A DNA stretch of 64,000 nucleotides from an uncultured Verrucomicrobiae bacterium (GCA_963756875.1 CAVWPA010000001.1:416001-480000); one strand, 5' to 3'; shown: positions 9,448 through 19,833, counted from the stretch's first letter. Numbers and translations: made by a program. The notes: generated by a model from the sequence alone, not told the origin.

Positions 9448-10398
9448 TCAATACCGCACTGGCAAAGGATGAATGGGTGTATCCGGATGGATTTCCGCAA
9501 TAATTCGATCCACCACGCCCAAGCCCTTATCGGGATCAAGCCAATCCCATTCGCCGTTGGTATTGACCTCCAGATAATAGTAAGTTTTGCCATCGTATAG
9601 AAAATCGAGACGTCCGTAATGCAGCTTTAGTTCCTCCATGTATTGACAGATGGCCGCTTCCGTTCCTTCGGGAAGAGGATGCGGTTTCCAAAGCGGTATT
9701 GTCGCAGCCCTTGCTTCTCTCCAATCGATGATTTTGCCCCCAAGGATGTTTCGGTCCAAGGCGAATCCGAATGATTTGCCGCAAATGAATACCACGGTAA
9801 CATCATGGGTTGCATCTACTTTTTCCTGCTTGAACCATGGCAACGTTGAGTCCAGCTTGTTCGCATCAACGGCGGATGTCCAGAAGTAGTGCCCCGGCTT
9901 AACCCGTTCCTCGGATAGACTCTTAACCACGATTGAACCGGAACTTAGTCCCCCTGCCTGCGGCGGGTAGGCAAACTCGTAGCGCGGCACACTGAAGTAT
10001 TTGCAGGCCAGCTCCATTTGAACAAGCTTGCCCAGCCATTCGCCTGAGGCCGGTTCGATGAGGACAAGTTTATTGTCGCGCCGCAGTAGATTCCGAATCT
10101 CTCGGATGGCCTTTTCGACCTCCCGTTCAATATAGATGGTTTCCTGAAGAATGCCAGGTTCCCAATAAAGTTGGGACTTTATAATCGGCTTGCGCCAAAG
10201 ACATTTAGCTACCTCTTCGCGCCGGATGACGCGCCCTCCTAGGTTAGCAATTTCGAAATCTCCCGCTGTGATGAAAATCTGATATTCTTCCCAAATATCG
10301 AGATTAAACCTAAAGATGCGATCCGGGCCGATCCGGTGGATCAAGCGATCTACAGTCAGATCACGCGAATTCGTGATGATGAGTGTCTGCCTATCCAC
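9448..10398 (-). CDS. ATP-grasp RiPP (graspetide) maturase, MvdC/MvdD-like
   Basis: LIITNSRDLTVD..RFNLD N-terminus, VVKSL, FKQEKV, IDWR, LHYGRLDF, YLEVNTNGEWDWL C-terminal motif. Confidence 0.88.
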   Translation of the reverse strand: MDRQTLIITNSRDLTVDRLIHRIGPDRIFRFNLDIWEEYQIFITAGDFEIANLGGRVIRREEVAKCLWRKPIIKSQLYWEPGILQETIYIEREVEKAIREIRNLLRRDNKLVLIEPASGEWLGKLVQMELACKYFSVPRYEFAYPPQAGGLSSGSIVVKSLSEERVKPGHYFWTSAVDANKLDSTLPWFKQEKVDATHDVTVVFICGKSFGFALDRNILGGKIIDWREARAATIPLWKPHPLPEGTEAAICQYMEELKLHYGRLDFLYDGKTYYYLEVNTNGEWDWLDPDKGLGVVDRIIAEIHPDTPIHPLPVRY

Positions 10399-10491
10399 CC
10401 TATCGACGCGGGCAAAACCTTAGCACAAAAACAGCCGGCCGCGCAGTTACGCACGCACATCCCACCAGCGTAGATTGAGGCCGAAAACGGA

Positions 10492-10678
10492 TTACGTTCT
10501 CTCGCCGTCGTCACTGTGTGTCGGAAACCGGCGGGACAATCCCGTGCTTAACCACTTGCGGATTGCCGTTGGCGTCTACGAGCTGTTGCAAGGTATGATC
10601 GTAATTTCCTTCCAGGGAAATGGAATCTCTCTGTCGGGCAATCTGGTTGAGGCCTATGGTGCTTTGATTTTGAGACAT
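10492..10678 (-). CDS. Putative graspetide precursor peptide (not in ORF track)
   Basis: RBS AAGGA, then MSQNQSTIGLNQIARQRDSISLEGNYDHTLQQLVDANGNPQV; in-frame stop at 10511 (55 aa), or, after removing one G near 10552, ...LSTGLSRRFPTHSDDGERT* ending at 10492. Confidence 0.7.
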
Positions 10679-10722
10679 ATTTTTCCTTTAACATCCTAAA
10701 ATCCACATCAAAGCCAAAAGTG

Positions 10723-10977
10723 TCAAGTGAATTTCAAAAAAGGTGAGACCAAACACTGGATAGCCGAGCCATAGTGCGTATCGTCGCTGTATGCGTCGTG
10801 TTTCAAATACATCACACCATATTGCCCATCCGGTGATATCGTGTCCGAACCGACCATATATTGGCTGTATTCTGCAGGCAGTGTGGGAAGAGTAGCCTGT
10901 GGTGCATCGGCGTCGGCCCGTACCAAGAGTGAGCCGACGATCCAACCGGCAATTAGAATGATAAGCGCCCGCGACAT
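10723..10977 (-). pseudogene. Truncated secreted protein
   Basis: Signal peptide and TISPDGQYGV motif, then ends abruptly at 84 aa. Confidence 0.5.
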
Positions 10978-11153
10978 GTTTACGTAGTATTAGGTAATCG
11001 TTTCAAGTTCAATCTCAAAATCCGGCTTTGATACCGAAAAAGCAATCTCTTTTAAGTTTGGGAAAGGATGCCGCCAGCAGTCGCAGGAGAAGCAGTGATA
11101 AACTAATCGGGACATTATCTAGAGCCAGTCCCATTGTGGCACGAGCTGGCAAA

Positions 11154-11227
11154 TGGCTGCCTCGCTAGGACTCGAACCTAGACAAAGAGATCCAGAATCT
11201 CTGGTGCTACCATTACACTACGAGGCA
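11154..11227 (-). tRNA. tRNA-Gln (anticodon CTG)
   Basis: Cloverleaf: acceptor TGCCTCG/CGAGGCA, anticodon stem AGAGA/TCTCT with loop TTCTGGA, T-arm CTAGG-TTCGAGT-CCTAG, encoded CCA. Confidence 0.97.
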
Positions 11228-11319
11228 AATGAAGGTCGAAAATCTAAAACCGGATTCGGTGTGAGCGCAAGCCGGCCGACGAACGATAAATTCACCGTCT
11301 AGTTGCTCCCTCGAACCCT

Positions 11320-12240
11320 TCAGGCTGCCAGCGTCAACTCCGCTCCTTCACAGGCGGCCTCTACTTCGAGCGACTTGCCGCTTTTTGCAACCAGCGCCTT
11401 GGCCTTTGCCAGCATCGTGTCCACCACGGCATCATCGTGGTTGGGGTCGTGATGAAAGAGGACGAGTTTGCGCGCCTCGGCATCGAGGGCAAGGGAAACG
11501 ACACCGCTGAGCGAACCATGCCCCCATCCCAGATGTTCCTTGTATTCCTCATCCGTGTATTGCGCGTCGAGAATCAGAATGTCGGAGCCGCGCAGGAATT
11601 CGACAAGTTCGGCCCGCTCTTTCTCCGCCCGTTTGCGAGTCTGTTCCGGACTCAAGAGATCGGATTTTGCGGAATGTAATATAAATGAGTCGTAAGGCTC
11701 GTTGTCCGGCAGATAGGCGATCGACCCGTTGCTCGTAAAAAGGCGGTACCCCATGCAAACGCCGGGGTGGTTCATTAATTTCGCGCAGACTCGCACTTTT
11801 CCGATTTGGAAGTCCATTTCGTCAAGCCTGCTGATATCGATCTTGCCCGGCAAATCGTATAATCTTACTGGGAAAAACGGCGTGGCCATCTGACCCTTGA
11901 GAATCTCACGCAAGCCCGAGTCTGCACCATCGTATCCAAGAATATGGATTTCGTTCTTGTCGTTGTATGCAGGAAGAAAGAATGGAAATCCTTGAATGTG
12001 ATCCCAGTGAACGTGCGTGATCAGCAAGGTCAGATTAATGGGGCGCGATCCGAACTCCTGCTCCAAGGCCATGCCGAGTAGCCGAATTCCGGATCCGGCG
12101 TCCAGGACAATGATTTCTCCGTCGGCACGGACTTCGACGCAACTTGTGTTGCCGCCATAGCGCGCTGTGGTGAGCCCGGGCACTGGAATGGAGCCGCGCA
12201 CTCCCCAGAGCTTGAGCCGAGTGGCGGGTGCCTTTGACAT
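11320..12240 (-). CDS. Metallo-beta-lactamase-fold hydrolase (phosphodiesterase/RNase Z-like)
   Basis: WGVRGSIP, YGGNTSC, THVHWDHIQG, GWGH, FHHDP motifs. Confidence 0.9.
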   Translation of the reverse strand: MSKAPATRLKLWGVRGSIPVPGLTTARYGGNTSCVEVRADGEIIVLDAGSGIRLLGMALEQEFGSRPINLTLLITHVHWDHIQGFPFFLPAYNDKNEIHILGYDGADSGLREILKGQMATPFFPVRLYDLPGKIDISRLDEMDFQIGKVRVCAKLMNHPGVCMGYRLFTSNGSIAYLPDNEPYDSFILHSAKSDLLSPEQTRKRAEKERAELVEFLRGSDILILDAQYTDEEYKEHLGWGHGSLSGVVSLALDAEARKLVLFHHDPNHDDAVVDTMLAKAKALVAKSGKSLEVEAACEGAELTLAA

Positions 12241-12368
12241 ACAGGAGCGGGGATTCTGTCATCTAACTGCGACAAATCCAAGAGTTTTTGCAACGAATTC
12301 CGGCCCTGGGATTGATAGGGCCTTTGCAATCAACCAACCCGACAGACAAATAAAAACCGGTGGCTGAC

Positions 12369-12399
12369 AAAAAAGCCGCCGCGGAATCCGCGGCGGCTT
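12369..12399 (-). terminator. Rho-independent terminator of the PEP-CTERM gene
   Basis: AAGCCGCCGCGGA/TCCGCGGCGGCTT stem with a U tract on the minus strand. Confidence 0.85.
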
Positions 12400-12425
12400 C
12401 TTAGGGAAACAGCAATACTAAATAT

Positions 12426-12998
12426 TTAACTGGCGTGGCGTCTTCGCAGGAACGATGGCACCAGGGAAAGCAGGCCGGCGCCGCAAATGCTCAGGATGGG
12501 GAGCAACGCAGACATTTCCGGCACCGGGACCGAAACGCTGCCGACATTGTCGACCTTTGTTCCCGCGGTCGAACCGGTGCTGCGGGTCGCTTCCGCGGCG
12601 AAGTCCGAGGTGGTGAGTTGGTTCGTATTGGCCACAACCGAGAAGATACCGAGGGCGGCCGACCCATTGATCGCCCCCTGGCCGGTGTAAGTCCAGGTCA
12701 GATTCAGAAGCGACGCGTTATCGGTCGGAATCACGAACGATGGGTTGGTGCCTATCAGGGACGAGGAAAACGCCCAATCCACTGGCTGGATATTGGACCC
12801 GGCAAGGAAATTGCCGAAATCATAGATCGTGAAAAAATCGCCGGGCTGGATCATTTGATCGACGGTGACGTTCGCGGAGTAATTCCAAGTGAAATCAGCG
12901 CCGGCTGGGGCGACGGATGACAGTGTGGGAATCACGTCGGCGCGTACCGTCAGGACCGTTACGCCGAGTGCCAGGGCTATTAAGAATGCTTTCCTCAT
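12426..12998 (-). CDS. PEP-CTERM-like sorting-signal surface protein
   Basis: Signal peptide; Thr/Ser-rich body; C-terminal VPVPEMSA, TM helix and RRR. Confidence 0.85.
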   Translation of the reverse strand: MRKAFLIALALGVTVLTVRADVIPTLSSVAPAGADFTWNYSANVTVDQMIQPGDFFTIYDFGNFLAGSNIQPVDWAFSSSLIGTNPSFVIPTDNASLLNLTWTYTGQGAINGSAALGIFSVVANTNQLTTSDFAAEATRSTGSTAGTKVDNVGSVSVPVPEMSALLPILSICGAGLLSLVPSFLRRRHAS

Positions 12999-13102
12999 AT
13001 GTTTTCTAAGTTCGATATCGATCATGGTATATTTCGATCATGGGCGTCAATATAATTTTTTTGTGCCGGTTTAATGGTTTTTAGAGGGCGTCCAAGGGTG
13101 GT

Positions 13103-14734
13103 TTGTCCTATGTTTCCCCGATGAATTTGGTGCCCGCAGACGGTCCGGCCCTACGGGACCGTGCTTTCCCCTGGCCGGCCTTTCTGCTGGTGGGACTCTG
13201 GACCTGGGCGGTTTGGAGCTGCGCCGAACACTGGCGGGGGAACCCGAATTATTCCTACGGCTGGGCCGTCCCGCTCTTGGCGATTGGGTTCGCTTTGCGT
13301 CGGTATTTGATCCTGCCGTCCGGCGGTAGAGCGGGCCGCGCCGAGGTGGCTCCAGGGAACCGGGTGCCGGCCTGGGTGCAAATGGTACTGGCGCTAGCTT
13401 CACTGGCCGTGGTGTTTCTGCTCGAATACTCCCGCGATCAAATGTGGCATCCTGAGATCGTCCTTTGGCTCATTTGCCTGCTGACTGTGGTGGCCACAAT
13501 CGCTGTTTTCTGGGATTACGGCGGTAGCCCGCTCGCGCGAACCGAGCTCTTTCCCGTCCTTTTTTTTCTTAGCGCGGTGCCGTGGCCGCCCCGTTTTGAG
13601 CAACCGGTTGTCAGCACGTTGATGCGCTGGGTGGCTGCAGCTACAACCGAATTGCTTCACTGGTTTGGAATCGAGGCACAAACCTCCGGCGCTGCGATCG
13701 CTTTGCGCTCCGGGTTGGTGGGAATCAGTGAGGCTTGCAGCGGAGTTCGCTCATTGCAGGCCGGTATTATGTTTGGCCTGGCGATGGGCGAATGGTTTCT
13801 GCTTCGACCGGCCCGCCGCGTCCTCCTGCTTGTGCTCGCGATCGCTTTGGCACTCGCTACTAATCTGAGCAGGACCCTGGTACTTTCGCTTCAAGCGGAA
13901 TGGCACGGAATCGATTCAGTCGATCGCGTGCACGATCTCATTGGCAACATCACGATTACCGCGCTCATCGCGGCAATCTGGATAGCAGGGAAACTTCTCG
14001 CGCCCCGTGCTCCGGCCCACTCCATGTTGTCACTTGGGCAAATCAGGGACGGATTTCGGCGAATCCTTGGACAAGTAACCATTCCCGTTGCGCCATTGCT
14101 TCGCGCGCTGGCTGTGGGTTGTCTGCTCGGGATGATTTGCGCACGTGCCGGTTACGCATGGGTCGAAAGGCAGGACCAAACCCAAACCGCGCCGCTTTTT
14201 GCGGCAAAGATCAACAGTGCGAACAAATTGATTCGTTTGCCCCGGGAAATCTGGGATGAACTTCGTCCGACGACCGCGGAATACATTCGGCGTCAAAGTG
14301 CAGAATTGCCCGGTGGTACCGCAGATTGTTTTCATTTCTTCTGGAAACCCTCCGCCTGGAATCGATTTGCCCTGGTGCATCGTCCGGATATCTGCATGCC
14401 GGGCGTCGGATGGACACAAACCGAGGCTGCCACGCCGTCCGATGTCGAGCTCGATGGCCGACCGGTTCGATGTCATTTTTTTCGGTTCCGCCGCGGGAAT
14501 ACCTACGCGGTGGAGCTGTGGGGTGTGTGGCGGAACGGCGAGCCGGTTCCGCTCGATTACAACCCTGCCCAGGCCCTGGGTGCCGTTCCGGCGCCGCCTT
14601 CCTTGCAATTGGAAGGGAAACGGCGGTCGGCCACGGAAATCCTAGCTTGCAGCGTAATCGCCAAGGGAAATCCGCCGAGCGACAAGATAGCGATGGCGCT
14701 TTTGCGATCCGTCTTCGAATATAAGAGGCAATGA
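13103..14734 (+). CDS. Exosortase family protein with EpsI-like C-terminal domain
   Basis: YSYGWAVP, catalytic ACSGVRSL, NLSR, HDLIG; C-terminal HRPDIC..GW; start may be 13121. Confidence 0.9.
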   Translation: MSYVSPMNLVPADGPALRDRAFPWPAFLLVGLWTWAVWSCAEHWRGNPNYSYGWAVPLLAIGFALRRYLILPSGGRAGRAEVAPGNRVPAWVQMVLALASLAVVFLLEYSRDQMWHPEIVLWLICLLTVVATIAVFWDYGGSPLARTELFPVLFFLSAVPWPPRFEQPVVSTLMRWVAAATTELLHWFGIEAQTSGAAIALRSGLVGISEACSGVRSLQAGIMFGLAMGEWFLLRPARRVLLLVLAIALALATNLSRTLVLSLQAEWHGIDSVDRVHDLIGNITITALIAAIWIAGKLLAPRAPAHSMLSLGQIRDGFRRILGQVTIPVAPLLRALAVGCLLGMICARAGYAWVERQDQTQTAPLFAAKINSANKLIRLPREIWDELRPTTAEYIRRQSAELPGGTADCFHFFWKPSAWNRFALVHRPDICMPGVGWTQTEAATPSDVELDGRPVRCHFFRFRRGNTYAVELWGVWRNGEPVPLDYNPAQALGAVPAPPSLQLEGKRRSATEILACSVIAKGNPPSDKIAMALLRSVFEYKRQ

Positions 14735-16467
14735 GTGAGGAAGCATCGAACGGGTTCAGGTGGCGGAGCGACCACGGGAAGCGACGTTCGTCCAAAAGGC
14801 GGCGGATCATCCTCTGGAGTTCCATCCTCGCTCTTATCGTGCTTGGCGGATTTGGAGTCAGACCTGTCTATCACTGGCTGAAAGCGAAGAGGGCCGAACA
14901 ATTTGCCACGGCTGCTGACGCGTTCGCCAAGGCGGGTAAATGGAATGATGCCGCGAAGGAGTACCGCGCGGCGCTGCAGATGGATCCATTAGGCTATCAT
15001 GGATTGGAAGGGGCGGCGCGGCTCGGTTCCCGTTTGGATCGCCCCGAAGCCGTCGGTCTTTGGGAACAGGTCGCAAAACTTCCGCAATGCACCGTTCAAG
15101 ATCGTCAGGAGTACGCTACCCTTCTTTTAAAGCTGGGCCGACTAAACGATGCTGAAAAGGTAATCGACGGCCTCTTGAAGGGCACACCGGACGCGAAGAC
15201 ACTTGGGCTGGCGTCTGGGTATGAAAAACAGGCCGGCGACAAGGCGAAGGCGATCGAGTTCGCCCGGCTTGCCATTCAGCATGCGCCAAATGAAGAGCAG
15301 CCGCGTTTTCAACTTGCCGAGTTGCTTGCCCAATCGAAGCACCAGCAAGAGCGGGCTGAGGCATGCGAGGTCCTTTGGAAACTTGCCAAGGAAGAAGGGG
15401 CTTACAAGCGGCCGGCCATCGAAGCACTCGCCCGAGCCCCGGAATTGTCTAACGAGGAGAAGGGCCGCGTGTTGGAAACCCTGGAAGGGTTGGGCTCAAA
15501 GGATGTCACAGACGCGCTGCTGGCGGCCGATTTAAAGATTCAGCTTCATCCGGATGGAGCGGCGCGCATTTACGACGAAATAGTGGATCGCTGGCGAAGC
15601 GGCAAGACCGAGCAATTGGTCGAGGTCGCGCGCTGGCTCAATGCAAATCAACAACCGGAACGGGTGTTCAATTTGTGTTCGATCGATCAGGCGCTGGAAA
15701 ACAATACGCTGCTTCTCTGCTGGCTTGACGCGCTCGCCGGTTTGCAGCGCTGGAATAGCATTGACGATGTGCTGGCGCGGCCTGAGTTGACGCTCGATCC
15801 CTCAGTCGTCGAGAGTTTTAGTGCGCGCACGGCGCAGGAGCGTAATGCGCTTCTCGATGCGGATGTGCATTGGAATCACGCTATTTCGCTCGCCGGCAAC
15901 GATCCGTTTAAACTGCGTTTCGTCGCTAATTTCGCCGAGCTAAGTCATGCTCATGCCGCCGCCGTGAAGGCCTACGAGCAGCTGGCGCGGTTTCCGGAGC
16001 ATGCGCGCCTGGCTTATCGCGGCGTCGAACGAGTGAGCCAAAAGAGTGGCAACGCCCCGACGGAGCGATCCGCTGCCGAAAAAATCGCCAAGTTCGCTCC
16101 GGACGATCCCAATGCCAGGGACCAGCTTGCATATATGAATCTGCTTCTGAGCGAAGACGTGGAAAAGAATCTTACGATTGCAAAGGAGCTGGCTAAAAAA
16201 TATCCGGAACGGCTTTCATTCCGTGTTACCGCGGCCCTCGGTTATCTCCGGCAACACGACCCCGGTTCGGCGCTCGCTCAATTCAAGGCGCCTGTCCCGA
16301 TCGATTGGAAGCGGACGCAACCGTCCTGGCGCGCCGTCTACGCGGCGGTTCTTCTGGCCAACGACCGAAACGACGAAGCCCGTGACCTGATCGAGACCAT
16401 TCCGCTGGATCAGTTAATTCCCCAGGAACGGGCACTGATCGAGCCGCCTCAAGAAGAGGGGCAATAA
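14731..16467 (+). CDS. Membrane-anchored TPR protein
   Basis: N-terminal TM after a basic patch; TPR-like helical repeats; ATGA overlap with the exosortase. Confidence 0.85.
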   Translation: MSEEASNGFRWRSDHGKRRSSKRRRIILWSSILALIVLGGFGVRPVYHWLKAKRAEQFATAADAFAKAGKWNDAAKEYRAALQMDPLGYHGLEGAARLGSRLDRPEAVGLWEQVAKLPQCTVQDRQEYATLLLKLGRLNDAEKVIDGLLKGTPDAKTLGLASGYEKQAGDKAKAIEFARLAIQHAPNEEQPRFQLAELLAQSKHQQERAEACEVLWKLAKEEGAYKRPAIEALARAPELSNEEKGRVLETLEGLGSKDVTDALLAADLKIQLHPDGAARIYDEIVDRWRSGKTEQLVEVARWLNANQQPERVFNLCSIDQALENNTLLLCWLDALAGLQRWNSIDDVLARPELTLDPSVVESFSARTAQERNALLDADVHWNHAISLAGNDPFKLRFVANFAELSHAHAAAVKAYEQLARFPEHARLAYRGVERVSQKSGNAPTERSAAEKIAKFAPDDPNARDQLAYMNLLLSEDVEKNLTIAKELAKKYPERLSFRVTAALGYLRQHDPGSALAQFKAPVPIDWKRTQPSWRAVYAAVLLANDRNDEARDLIETIPLDQLIPQERALIEPPQEEGQ

Positions 16468-16483
16468 GCTGTTGGCTCCGCGC

Positions 16484-16546
16484 TGTCGCGGCAGCCGTGT
16501 CGGCTGCATGACTAGAGTGTTCGCGGGCGACACGCCTGCCGCTACA
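16484..16546. repeat. REP-like palindromic pair
   Basis: TGTCGCGGCAG...CTGCCGCTACA inverted ends with internal hairpins, between convergent genes. Confidence 0.7.
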
Positions 16547-16551
16547 GTTTT

Positions 16552-16944
16552 CTACAACAGGCTCGCCCCAAACGGCGCCGGCCCTTTTTTCCAGCGCAAT
16601 TCCGGATGCAGATTGATCTCGTCTGATCGCACATCGAAACCGACCGAGCGCAACAGGTAGGAAACACCTTCGCGGCTGTCCATGGTTTCCTTCAAGCTGC
16701 GCGCAAACAGCTCGATATATTCCTTGTAGGAATCGAGCGACAATTTTCCATCCGCGAAATGTTCGGCCAGCGCCTCGTCGTGGTAGTCGATCAAATCGAC
16801 CAGAGCGCGTTTCAGCGCCAGGCGCACTTTCGGATCGATCACCACCTTGAAGGGCGTGGCGGTCGGATCGGGCTTTGCGAGACTCTGCCGGCCCGCTCCG
16901 CTCTGGTCCGTCGCGACAATCCGAAAATCTTGATCTTGTTCCAT
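16552..16944 (-). CDS. Hypothetical protein
   Basis: RBS GAAGGA before MEQDQDFR; helical C-terminal domain; the longer 260-aa call overlaps hppA. Confidence 0.65.
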   Translation of the reverse strand: MEQDQDFRIVATDQSGAGRQSLAKPDPTATPFKVVIDPKVRLALKRALVDLIDYHDEALAEHFADGKLSLDSYKEYIELFARSLKETMDSREGVSYLLRSVGFDVRSDEINLHPELRWKKGPAPFGASLL

Positions 16945-17147
16945 ACCGATCCTTCCGGCTTCGACCTTAGCAGCGGGTGGGATCGGCTTCCAGCCGATCT
17001 TCTGTGACCCATCTGATTCAACGTGCGCTCTGCTGTAGTAACGGCGCTGCGCCGGTTCGTGAATAGCGATGAAAACGCCCCACGGGAGCCTGGCTAAAAC
17101 ATCTTTGGGACCTGCGTGGCTTGCAAGGTCCCGGCCGGAGGCATGCT

Positions 17148-19232
17148 CTAGAAGAAAATCGGAATAATCAGGATCGCGACGATGTTCACGACCTTGATCA
17201 TCGGATTGATCGCCGGTCCTGCCGTGTCCTTGTAAGGATCGCCCACGGTGTCCCCGGTTACGGCTGCCTGATGCGCGAACGAACCTTTCCCGCCGAGATT
17301 TCCTTCTTCGATAAATTTTTTCGCATTGTCCCACGCACCGCCGCCGCTTGTCATGGCAATGGCGACGAATAAACCGGTGACAATTGTGCCAACGAGAAGT
17401 CCGCCGAGCACGACTGGACCCAGCGGTTTGATCACAGCAACGCCGACCACAAAAACCAGCGGCAATAACGCTGGAATAATCATCTCTCGCAGCGCGGCTT
17501 TAGTAACGATGTCCACGCATGTGCCATACTCCGGCATATCCTGGCCCGTCAGGATTCCCGGCTTGGCTTGTATTTGCCGGCGCACCTCACGTACGACCGC
17601 TCCGGCCGCCTTGCCCACCGCGTCCATGCTGAACGCCGTGAACATGAACGGCAACAATCCGCCGATAAAGAGTCCAATGATCACTTTCGGATCCTGGAGC
17701 GAGAATTGGAAGAATTGGTCGGCGGGGATTTTTCCGGAAGCCACCAGATGTGCGCGCAGTTCCTCGACGTACGATCCGAACAAGACCAGCGCCGCCAATC
17801 CTGCCGAAGCGATCGCATAACCCTTGGTCACGGCTTTCATTGTGTTGCCCACGGCATCGAGCTCATCGGTGACGCGGCGGACTTCCTTGGGCAAATTGCT
17901 CATGACCGCGATGCCACCCGCGTTGTCGGTAATCGGGCCGAACGAATCGAGCGAGATAATGATGCCTGCCATGGACAACATCGCCATCACGGCAATTGCG
18001 ATTCCATAGAGACCGGCAAAATGGAAGCTGAGCAGGATGGCGATACCGATAAAGCCCACTGGCAATGCCGTGGCATGTAGCCCGACAGCCAGCCCGGCAA
18101 TGATGTTGGTCGCGTGGCCCGTCTCGGACGCGCGCGCAATCTTCTGCACCGGCCGATAATGCATCGACGTGTAGTAGTTCGTGATCACCACGATTACCGC
18201 GGTCATGAGCAGGCCGATGATTGAAGCGAGATAAAGTTGAGTAGGCGAACGCAGGGCCCCCCCGATTGTGATGCCTTTTGGAAAGAGAAGGTGAGTTGCC
18301 GGCCAGAAGAGAATCGCCGAGATAAGGCCGCTCGTTCCTACCGCGCCCATGAGCACCGTCACGGGTTTGCCGCCCGCCACACTGACGAATAAGACTCCAC
18401 AGATCGCGCCGAGCACGGAAATGCCGCCTAGCACGAATGGATAAACAATTGCAGCCGGCTCCGTCGCAAGCGTCAGCGCGCCGACCAGAATCGCGCCGAT
18501 CAAGCTGACCGCGTACGTTTCAAACACGTCCGCCGCCATGCCCGCGCAGTCACCGACGTTGTCGCCCACGTTATCGGCAATCGTCGCGGGATTACGGGGA
18601 TCGTCTTCTTCGAGACCCTTCTCAATCTTGCCTACCAGGTCGGCCCCGACGTCGGCCGCCTTGGTATAAATGCCACCGCCGAGTCGGGCGAAGACGCTGA
18701 TCAAGCTCGCGCCCAGCGCGAGGCCAACCAAACTGCGGACGGCCATGTCATGCCCGACCACGCTTGATGCGACCGTGTAGAAAATCGATACCGCGAGCAA
18801 AGCAAGCCCTACCACAAGCAAGCCGGTAACCGCGCCGCCGTTAAACGCGATGCGTAACGCCTCTGTGCGCGCATGGCTTGCGGCCTGTGTGGTGCGTACA
18901 TTCGCGATCACCGCGATGCGCATGCCGATGTAGCCCGCCGAAAGCGAGCAAAACGCGCCGATCAGGAAACCAATGGCCGTGGGATGGTCTTTGAAAAAGA
19001 AAAGCAAAAGAAAAATGATTATGGCGATTGCGCTGATCGTCATCACCTGCCGGTTCAAATAAGCTTTCGCCCCTTCCTGCACCGCGGCGGAAATCTGTTG
19101 CATTCGCTCGTTGCCTGGCGATTTCCGGATCACGGCCCTGATCAGAAAGAGCGCAAACAGCAGACCGATGACGGCGCATACCATCGACAGTGGCACGCCG
19201 GAATTGAGGATCGTTAGGGCAAACAGGGTCAT
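17148..19232 (-). CDS. hppA: Membrane-bound ion-translocating pyrophosphatase, K+-independent type
   Basis: [48 protein letters not shown] motifs. Confidence 0.96.
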   Translation of the reverse strand: MTLFALTILNSGVPLSMVCAVIGLLFALFLIRAVIRKSPGNERMQQISAAVQEGAKAYLNRQVMTISAIAIIIFLLLFFFKDHPTAIGFLIGAFCSLSAGYIGMRIAVIANVRTTQAASHARTEALRIAFNGGAVTGLLVVGLALLAVSIFYTVASSVVGHDMAVRSLVGLALGASLISVFARLGGGIYTKAADVGADLVGKIEKGLEEDDPRNPATIADNVGDNVGDCAGMAADVFETYAVSLIGAILVGALTLATEPAAIVYPFVLGGISVLGAICGVLFVSVAGGKPVTVLMGAVGTSGLISAILFWPATHLLFPKGITIGGALRSPTQLYLASIIGLLMTAVIVVITNYYTSMHYRPVQKIARASETGHATNIIAGLAVGLHATALPVGFIGIAILLSFHFAGLYGIAIAVMAMLSMAGIIISLDSFGPITDNAGGIAVMSNLPKEVRRVTDELDAVGNTMKAVTKGYAIASAGLAALVLFGSYVEELRAHLVASGKIPADQFFQFSLQDPKVIIGLFIGGLLPFMFTAFSMDAVGKAAGAVVREVRRQIQAKPGILTGQDMPEYGTCVDIVTKAALREMIIPALLPLVFVVGVAVIKPLGPVVLGGLLVGTIVTGLFVAIAMTSGGGAWDNAKKFIEEGNLGGKGSFAHQAAVTGDTVGDPYKDTAGPAINPMIKVVNIVAILIIPIFF

Positions 19233-19332
19233 CCGATGAAGCGCTCGACTTTATGAAGAATTGTGCCGCTGGCAAAGGCTAACTTTACTTGCGCCCGGCA
19301 AAAAATCGCGCAGACGGCGTCTGCCGGGCATT

Positions 19333-19815
19333 TCACTCTTCGCCATCGTAGTAATCGAGCGATTCGGAACGGATGAGCTTTCGTTCCGGCGAGCGCACCA
19401 GCCACTTTTTACTATCCGGGAAGTAACCTGACTCCCCGACCGGATTATCCGCGACCACGTAGATGATAAGATCCTGCGATCCGTCGTTGATCAGCTGATG
19501 GGCTTCACCCGGTCCAAATACAAAGGCATCTCCCGGTTCGATGGGTGTCCTGCCTTCCTCGTGCCGAACGAAGCCTTTGCCTGATATCACATGGTAAAAT
19601 TCCCATTGCGCGCTGTGAGAATGATACGGATAGGGCGTTTTTTCGGGCGAAATACGAAGAATCTCGACATCGAACGGACACTGCCGCCCTTTGGGATCGG
19701 CCAGCGTCCTCTGCTCTTCCAGGGCGATTAGCAATTCTTTCCCGGCGCCGGCGAATTTTCCTTTCGGCGACGACCACGATTCCTCGGCAAGACTGTTGGT
19801 GTTAATTTTTCGCAT
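19333..19815 (-). CDS. Cupin domain protein
   Basis: YHSHSAQWEFYHVISG...GEAHQLIN cupin motifs. Confidence 0.9.
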   Translation of the reverse strand: MRKINTNSLAEESWSSPKGKFAGAGKELLIALEEQRTLADPKGRQCPFDVEILRISPEKTPYPYHSHSAQWEFYHVISGKGFVRHEEGRTPIEPGDAFVFGPGEAHQLINDGSQDLIIYVVADNPVGESGYFPDSKKWLVRSPERKLIRSESLDYYDGEE

Positions 19816-19833
19816 GATTATCCCGCCTGCGAT

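Larger units (their letters stand above)
3453..11176. mobile_element. tRNA-Gln-anchored genomic island; no integrase visible
   Basis: Bounded by direct repeats of the tRNA 3' end; visibly more AT-rich, low coding density, orphan ORFs and gene fragments. Confidence 0.8.
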
